Notes under the pieces: model-generated
Told to the model about the DNA's origin: nothing
The model's database searches: none
Seen by the model: the letters and a program-made list of their open reading frames with translations, nothing else
Source: Trichoplax sp. H2
Taxonomy: Eukaryota
Assembly (NCBI GenBank): GCA_003344405.1
Contig: NOWV01000028.1
Span: forward strand, 186,001 to 250,000
Direction: 5' to 3'
DNA length: 64,000 nt
Translations under genes and position numbers: made by a program
Shown: positions 55,226 through 64,000 of the stretch, one piece after another
Layout: each line of letters begins with the position of its first letter
Position numbering within the stretch: position 1 is the stretch's first letter

Positions 55226-58200
55226 ATAATCCATAGCTACTCATACAATCTTAAAATCCAACATACCAGAGGAAATCCCCATTACAGTATAACTATAAAA
55301 TGTTGATTTTCCCCTTTTTATTAGTTTCATCTTATTGCCTATATCAAAAATGGCTATCCCAGCCCTAGTGACCTCCACTACTGTACTATGCCAGGAGTAA
55401 AGTAGTAAAGATATCTTGTAATGCACAATTTGCTCCTAATAACACCCTGTCAAACAAAACGTTCTAAAAATTATAGGCGACAGTAATGGCCGGAACATAT
55501 ACAAACATCCAGCACTCTTGTTATACTGTACTATAGAACATATTGCAGTTAAATTAATCACTTTGAACAGTAGCACTAAAATACTTTAGCTATTTCGATG
55601 AGAACGTGGAGTACTGATTATGTTATTCTTGTTAGGTCCCGTATGAATATCGAAAATGACCTGGTCATTTCACTACAACATGGTTATTCCAATTAAAATT
55701 AAAAATTAAAAAAAAAGATAAGAATGGCGTTTACTCTACTTTTGAAACATGTAACTGTTCGCCTTATGTGTGAGTAATTAGGATGCGCTGGAACATGCCG
55801 TGGACTAATAATGGATTAAGTAGAAAGTATGTCATCCATACCTAATACTGTACTGTATATACGAGTATATAATATCCCGCGTGAGCAGTAACTATAGCGT
55901 TAGTGTAAATAGAGATTAATGTACAATCAATACATTAGATATTTTAATAAATACTATGCCCCCTCTTTCGGCTAGATAGAATTAACAAACAGTTCAATAA
56001 AAGTTTTGTCCATTACCCCACCTAGTGTAAATTTGTTTGTCAATGTCAATAAACTGCAACAATGATGTAATAGGATAATATGTGGAAATGATCATCTCTT
56101 GGAGTAAGAATAAAACTACAGCAGCACGCCTGTACACTATACTTGCTCGACCAGTAGTGTACTGTATCCGTCGAATTCTTCCTCGTGTTACTCTACTATT
56201 GGAATACCTCTCCAAGTTGCCATACGTATATTAACAATAACTCACTAAAATTTCAATAGTCGCGTTGGACTCAAATAATAATTAATTACGGCGCTAGAAG
56301 TCAATGCTTGTCTTTGAAGATGATATTTGCATTGGACAAGATTACTTTAAAAAAAAAATCATATACATACTGTAAGTAGACGCAGAGTCAAGCGGACTAG
56401 AAAGCATGAATAACTCAATGGATCAACTCCAAGTGATATACATAGTTTAAAATCATTGATGGATTTATGATTAATTAATTTAATACCAGATTATATAACA
56501 CATATCCATGAACTACAGTATTGCCTTTTATAGATGGCTTAGCTCTATAAAGGCATACCGGGCTAATAAACGAATTCTCTTCAATGAAAAAACCAAAGCA
56601 TATCGTTCATGCTACAGAAGTAAAATAAACTCGACTTACAAAAGATATTTTGGATATAGAATGACCAATGCGGCTGAATGGCTAATAATAATAACAATGT
56701 AATTAGACCATGAAGCAAGAAAGTCAATTCTTATCTCTACTGGCAATTTACTCTATCAGGGTGCAGTAGCGGGTGCTGCTTAAGCATTCAATCAATGTCT
56801 CATGAGTTCTTTTTTTTTCAGTCGACAACCATTTCATTAAATGTCTACTGATATTGATTATTCTTGATTTCTTGACTGAAGTTGACCATTAAAATATCAA
56901 TCATTAAGAGTGATGCTAACGCAGTGAATAAATATCTTTCAGTAATATAGCTCTCTCTAATCCTCGATCTAATTTAAGGAATGCCACCAGCTGGTCTTAT
57001 CGAAGCAAAGGGGAAGTTTATTGCCTCAAAATCAACTTTTTAATCCCATAGGAACCCTTAATATCGCAGACTGTGTACAACATATACCGTACAGTAGGTC
57101 GTCGCATATTGGAGAAGGGCAATTCAATCTTACGATACTGTCAGAACTAAATACAGGCATATTTTAATTTCGGGTATCTGATTTATTAACAAGATTAAGC
57201 TTGTATTAACACTCTTCAATACACAAAAACTAGATCTTATAGCTTCCATTCATCCTCTCTATTACATTATTACTCATTCGTAGCTGCAAAATATACCGTC
57301 AATGTTTATAAGCGTTCACGCACGATTTTCTGAAATCTTGCAGTACTACTAGCGCTTACAACATCGTACTCGTATAATAGGACATACTCTTAACTAAAAA
57401 ATAATTGGTGATCAAAAGTGGTAAATTTGCATACAATATGTGATATTATCGTTGATGATGAGCACTATTACGAGACGACAGCAGTTAATCTTTTCACTTT
57501 AGCCATGATGATTATTTCAACTGATAGAACTAACTGTGACATATTTAATAATTCACGGTAAACGTATAGGTACATATTTGTAAATATAAAGAGAACTCTT
57601 AGCACTAGCTCTAACAAAATTCATTACTTGGGTGACGACAAACCGATCCTAAAGATGTAAATAGATACTATATAAATTATTTATCCAGTATGCAAGCATA
57701 ACTTAGAGAATAAACTGCCGATCCACCATTAGGGCGATATCAAATTTTTCCATACTATTTACTGTTTTATAGTGTATAGAGAAACCGCTGAATCAGGCAA
57801 AATCAACTAAAAAATGAATAATTCAATGATATTCAAAGGTGTTTAAAAAAGGAATGATCCAAATATGTTCAATTGTATCAGACTATGGTCTATTGTATGT
57901 ATGTACATCAACAAAGTTAGGCCATAACCTACTTAGACGGCTGTTCATATCAGTCGGACTTTACAATTAACTTTTTTTGAGGATTATGATTTATAAAATG
58001 ATATACATTTCATTTCTGTTGAGATTCTATCCCTTCAATAAAATGCCTTAATCTTGCCATGTCATGAGTGTAAAATATTTTGGGTTTCATTTACCGTTTA
58101 GCAAGAATTCGGACTGGAACAGTTTTCTTCTTTATCAACTGCAAAAATGGATGGCATACTAATATTGTAAGGGTTCTTAAAATTGAATCTGCCTAGCTTA

Positions 58201-59379
58201 ATTAAGATCGAATCGCTCTACTTCGTCGATAGAGAAAAGAGTTTAGTCTCTATTTCGGACACTTTGTTCTATTTGTATCTCTACAAAGATGATAGTGTAT
58301 GCTACGACTTTACCTCATATTTACTGTAGTCTATTGCGCCGAATGATGGATTAATATCATTATTGGTTGATTATGCTGTACATTATTCTTTAAAGGACAG
58401 ATAAAATAGTAATCCAATTTCTTTCTTTCATTTATTATCACAAAAGGTAATTGATGGAATGAAAAGATATCATCAGTGCCCGAACTGATCTACGAAAGGG
58501 TATCTTTGCCTGTCAGTTTTTCCACAAGACAGACGCGAAAACACAGACATGTTTACGTTCTACATCCTCATAGCATGCACAGTCTGTCAGCGATTATTTA
58601 AACTACCACCTACAGTTTTAATTCTTTAATAACATCTTGGGAATACTATTTTGTTTTAATACTCACTACTTTAAAACATTTGCTTTATTTGTCTAATTGA
58701 TTTAAATAGAACGACATTAACTAGTACCTTTTTTCGTACCATATTTACTACATCGACCTAATAGCTCGTCCTTTTCCCTACGTATTAGCTAAGTATCTCT
58801 TATAATTATTCTAACCAAGGGCGAAAGTCTCCATACCTTCGTCCTATTCGATTCAGTTAGCGAAAGCTCTTTACTGAATAATAATAGATGAGTAATCGTC
58901 TATAGTGTTGACTTTACAATGAATTACTCCCCAAAAAAAGTCACCAGTTCCCTACTTAAGTAGAATCTATCCCACCTACGAGGTGGGATAAATTCATCAT
59001 AGGTGGCGTTTGTTGTTACTACATAGTGATTACCTGCACCTTATAGATATACAATGCGATATATTCCAAACTCATGCCGAATAATAAATTCTAAAAAACT
59101 GTCTTCTATCTTATATTATACCCTATCAAGAATCGAACTTGATAGACAATAGCTTATACTATAGTGTGTATAAATCAGTAATTAATCAGCAATTATATCA
59201 TTTGTGTAATCCATACACGTTGTATTATCAAGTGGATAATTTCGCTGGCATAAAATTCAAAGCCAATATGGTCTTGATTACCAAAATATGCTTCAATCGT
59301 TAAGCAGAATTTGAAGATTTAGTCACCCTCTTGTATCATAATGTTGTAGCCTAAAGCTANNNNNNNNNNNNNNNNNNNN

Positions 59380-60125
59380 GCAATGTACTGTACCAGCAAA
59401 GGGTACAATATATGCTAACAGAAAATGTCGAAACTCAATTCAGTCATCATTTACAACTAGGTAGCTTTTGAACGGCATACCAAATTTCAATTGATCGATA
59501 CAATACTAATTTCTGAATTTTCCCAAATAGTAAGAACGGGTAGACTGGCTCGAAAACTAACATCAATATTAATTATTCCCTAAATTTAGAATTGGATCGA
59601 TAAGAACATTAACTACCTTATCTTGAATAGAGAGTAAACCTAGTGTTAGCTTTGCAGTTATATCTCATATTGTACAATGTACAGTATACTATACAGTACT
59701 GTACACATAGTCCATAGATACTCATACAATCTTAAAATCCAACATACCAGAGGAAATCCCCATGACAGTATAACTATAAAATGTTGATTTTCCCCCTTTT
59801 TATTAGTTTCATCTTATTGCCTATATCAAAAATGGCTATCCCAGTCCCTAGTGACCTCCACTACTGTACTATGCCAGGAGTAAAGTAGTAAAGATATCTT
59901 GTAATACACAATTTGCTCCTAATAACACCCTGTCAAACAAAACGTTCTAAAAATTATCGGCGACAGTATTGGCCGGAACATATATGCAAACATCCAGCAC
60001 TCTTGTTATACTGTAGAACATATTGCAGTTAAATTAATCACTTTGAACAGTAGCACTAAAATACTTTAGCTATTTCGATGAGAACGTGGAGTACTGATTA
60101 TGTTATTCTTGTTAGGTCCCGTATG
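59380..60125 (+). repeat. Gap-bounded near-identical copy of 54829-55645 (probable alternate-haplotype contig)
   Basis: Colinear from gcaatgtactgtaccagc to gttaggtcccgtatg, with a few SNPs and small indels. Bounded by N-runs 59360-59379 and 60126-60145. Confidence 0.9.
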
Positions 60126-60145
60126 NNNNNNNNNNNNNNNNNNNN

Positions 60146-60447
60146 GATATATTCCAAACTCATGCCGAATAATAAATTCTAAAAAACTGTCTTCTATCTT
60201 ATATTATACCCTATCAAGAATCGAACTTGATAGACAATAGCTTATACTATAGTGTGTATAAATCAGTAATTAATCAGCAATTATATCATTTGTGTAATCC
60301 ATACACGTTGTATTATCAAGTGGATAATTTCGCTGGCATAAAGTTCAAAGCCAATATGGTCTTGATTACCAAAATATGTTTCAATCGTTAAGCAGAATTT
60401 GAAGATTTAGTCTCCCTCTTGTATCATAATGTTGTAGCCTAAAGCTA
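60146..60447 (+). repeat. Near-identical copy of 59058-59359 (allelic overlap across gaps)
   Basis: About 302 bp, 3 substitutions seen. Confidence 0.9.
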
Positions 60448-61674
60448 TATCTACAGTGATAATTATCGTAGTTATTTCACCAATATGAGTTTGGAGTGAA
60501 ATACTTTCCCCAAAAGTAGAAGAAATTGTATTTAGAGTAATCTCAAGCCTTAGGGTTAAATAAAGTAAGAATTATATCAAGTTATCAAACTTAAAGATAA
60601 AGTGTCATTATTACCATATCCTGCAAGTTTATCCCGTAATCCTAAGTGTATAAGGTATCGTTACAATCCTGGACATGTTGTGGTAAAATCTCAAATGTTA
60701 ACTACTACGAAATCGTCGAGTCTTCGATTTTAGAGTAAATAAAGAGAAAAAATTGCGAGATGATTATGCCCAGTTTCAAAGAAAAAAAAATTATATTTTA
60801 AACTAGTTAATAGAGGTACATTCAGTGACGTTACGTTGCATTTGTGGTATTTGTATGCTAGAAAATCATAGAATTTCAAAAGAATATTTGGAGACACGGT
60901 AAAGTACCATAATAATATGTACCCTCCATTTATATTGTTACATCAAGTTATCAAATTGTAAATTAAAGGTGATCTATTACTTTCAATTATTATTACATTT
61001 TCATCACCGATGATAGGGTAAATGTGAAAAGGAAGAATGGATGAAAGTTAATCTTTTTGATCCTTATATCGCGTGATTGATGATTTAGTTGTTAAAAGAA
61101 ATTGACTAGGGTCAGTTCAATCCACTAAGTTAGAGTACCGTACTCAACATTAACACAAAAAAAAATAATAAAAAGACCAAGATTAAGCATCTTTAGTAAC
61201 CTATATTGTTACTGGAAAAGTAGTCGTTGAATGCGTGGATTGCAATTAAATAGGATAACCGTGCATCTAATTAATAGAGAACACAGGCTATTGATTATTA
61301 TATAGTGTCATTGTGACGCTAATCCAAGAGAGAAAATTAATGAATTTTACAGTTAAATAATAGAATGCTCATAATGTCTCTGCCTCAACAATAGGTAGGA
61401 CTCCTGTCATAGTTGCACTCTATAATTTCGATCACGACATCGGAGACCGTTGATTTGTTGTGTAACAAATCATTTAAAACGCCTGACAGTAAAGCGCTAT
61501 CACGTAACAAATGGTAAAGAATTTCGCCAATATGATGTCTCAAAGTCAGTACTATGCATGTCTATGCTAATTAACGATCATCTTGATACCCACTATTAAT
61601 TTAAAGATACACAAAGTAATACGACTAGCATTAAATTATTTGAATAGAATCGTGCTTTCAATTGCTAAACTGTC

Positions 61675-62190
61675 TAAATATCGATCCAATAATATCTTAT
61701 TGTCAATTCATCATCCACCTCTACCTATGATAGTTTAGCATTGGCATGGCAGCAGTAACTATTTAAAGACAGAGGACGTAATAAAATTAGAATTCAAAAG
61801 TGCGAATCAAATAGTGCTTCCAATTATTGGATTGTTTGAATATCGATCAAATGATGCTTTATTGTTGGTTAGTGATCCATATATGTCCCTACATCAATTG
61901 ATTATCTTGAAGCTGTTCGTGTACATATATATATATCGATTAGCGTTAAGATAAGTTGTGTGACTATTAGTATAATAGCGATAGCCTATATCCAAGAAGT
62001 TAAACGGTCACTCATTTTTGGCTAAGAATAACTAATTATTATTTTGATAAAACGATGTATTCAATGATATTCAAGGCAATAAGAAGACTATTATTGTGTT
62101 AAATATTTGATGGATACATCAAATTGTTATAATGTTTGAATATTGATCCAATGGTATCTTAATAGTTAGCGGTATACGTATCTTCACTGG
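61675..62190. repeat. Highly degenerate repeat, ~150-160-bp periodicity
   Basis: aatat.gatc.aat..t..cttatt-like blocks at ~61678, ~61839 and ~62139. Confidence 0.5.
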
Positions 62191-64000
62191 TTATTATCTC
62201 ACTAAAATTACTTTATCATAAAGGTATCGAGTCAACTAATACTCTAGTATTTGGTAGCACATCCAGTATGATATACCATACATAAACAATAAAGTTTCAT
62301 CAAATGAGGTTTTTCTAGTTTGTTAGTGATAACCATCTTACGGAAATCATAACTCAACAAGACGCATGAAAGGAAAATAACAAGTCTTCAATATTTAACG
62401 GGATATATCAAATCTTTCAATTGATTCGATGTCGACAAAAAAGATGCCTTCTGGCCACAGTAGCAACTACGTTGATCACCTTTGAGGGATTATGTAATCG
62501 ATAAGATATAAAATCTTCAATTACCGGTAGTTGAGTGTCCGAAAAAATAAGATCTCATTGCCTTAGTAAAAGAAATCTATTTCCATTATACGTAGATATT
62601 TTAATGGTAATAACTCATCACTAATCCACGTTATGGGAGATCATCTTAACATAATAATTGAATAGATGAACTAGCGCAATGTGGCCAGATTTGCTAGTAA
62701 TAAATAGATCAAATTGCTGAACTGGTTGTTCAACTTTACTCTAATAACTGATAATCATGATGACTTTTATGGATTGAAAAATTTTCTAACCGAACCAGTG
62801 ATAAAAATTCGATGGAATACGTTTGAATTTTAAACTACAACTATTTTGAATTTTTTCAGGCTTATCCGCACAATATCTTGTTCAAACACGCAATGATTAC
62901 GATCATTTTTTTAACCTCATATGAAAGTAATCATTATTTCGTATAAGAAATAAAGTTGTAAAGCAGTTTACTACTCACTTCTTCCGTATAATATTAACTA
63001 TTCACGTAGTAGTCATGACTCAAACATTAAAATCACATTTTACTATCAGATATTAGTTTTATATTCTATTGAATTGAATATAGGATGTTGTGATAACGCT
63101 AAAACAGAAATAATATTCTATTCTGAGGGAGTAATTACTCCCTCTCTCTCTTACTATGTATGTAATATTGATTCAAAAGTTATGATCGAATAAAAAAAAC
63201 GAATTCCTACCATAAAGGTGAGGATAACTCGACACATAAAATATTAAAAATTGCTATTGTCAATAATGATGATTACAAGTAGAACACTAGTAAAATAACA
63301 AGATTGTCAACGTCACATGTAGTCAAATATTATACTTAGTAATTGTCCAATTGACATGATCACGGGAAAAATAGAGCTCACCGCTATGAAAAAATGATCA
63401 TTGTATGATACGACAATGCATTACTATATCGATATTACCTACAACTATCATTGATACAGAAGAATAAATTGATCATACAGAATTGATCATTTTTCTAGAT
63501 AGATAGATAGAGTTTAATCGGTTAATAGACGAAGATGATGACACAACCTTCTTGCCATAGTGGTATAAAAAATGAGTAAAAAAATAATGATGACAAATAA
63601 CAATAATAATATCAGTGTAAAGGAAATATAAACTAGCTATGGAAATTGATCGCGGTGGCATCAAAAGTGTATTAATGTGTGGGACATTCAGTAATTAAAA
63701 GTAAGCAAACACAAGTGGTCTATTGAGAGAAAATGAGTAGGAAATGACTTGCTAATTTGATGAATATAGCATCCACATTGGATATGAATCGATTACCATG
63801 ATATCAATCTCTTTCACATAAATAGAAAATGGATTTTAAATGGGTCAGCGCATTGGTTTGATTGAAAATACATTTAAAAAAAATTGAAAGATCACTATCA
63901 AACAGTGTAAATAATATTACGACGCATCTTATTAACAATATTGTCCTGTTCCATCTAATTAAGGATTGAACCATTCTTATCGAAGGGTTATTTGATGAGA

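Noticed and set aside
59058..60447. Apparent segmental duplications around the two gaps
   Set aside because: Near-identity and exact abutment to N-gaps indicate uncollapsed haplotypes rather than real paralogous copies. Used only as an allele comparison.

Overview
AT-rich eukaryotic (metazoan) genomic DNA with short GT-AG introns and three 20-N scaffold gaps. Its style is compatible with a compact early-branching animal genome such as a placozoan (inference only). Three spliced protein-coding genes, all on the minus strand, could be reconstructed exon by exon with consistent splice phases: (1) a 344-aa PRRT3/PRRT4-like 7-TM protein (2245-6647); (2) a tandem-PH adaptor with a SKAP/AFAP1-like N-terminal helical segment and a C-terminal coiled coil (11329 to at least 27616, including a ~12.4-kb intron); (3) a 16-exon, 1010-aa RERE/atrophin orthologue (BAH-ELM2-SANT-GATA-atrophin motif; 39110-50619). 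Non-coding DNA holds many old, degenerate local tandem duplications and a probably heterozygous LTR-like insertion next to the first gap. The most notable signal is a dense accumulation of TACAGTA/TACTGTA motifs around the RERE 5' region. An alternate-haplotype contig in the same window shows some of these as TA->TA-CAG-TA / TA-CTG-TA 5-bp insertion polymorphisms, the footprint expected from Tc1/mariner excision. No RNA genes, CRISPR arrays or transposase ORFs were recognised.
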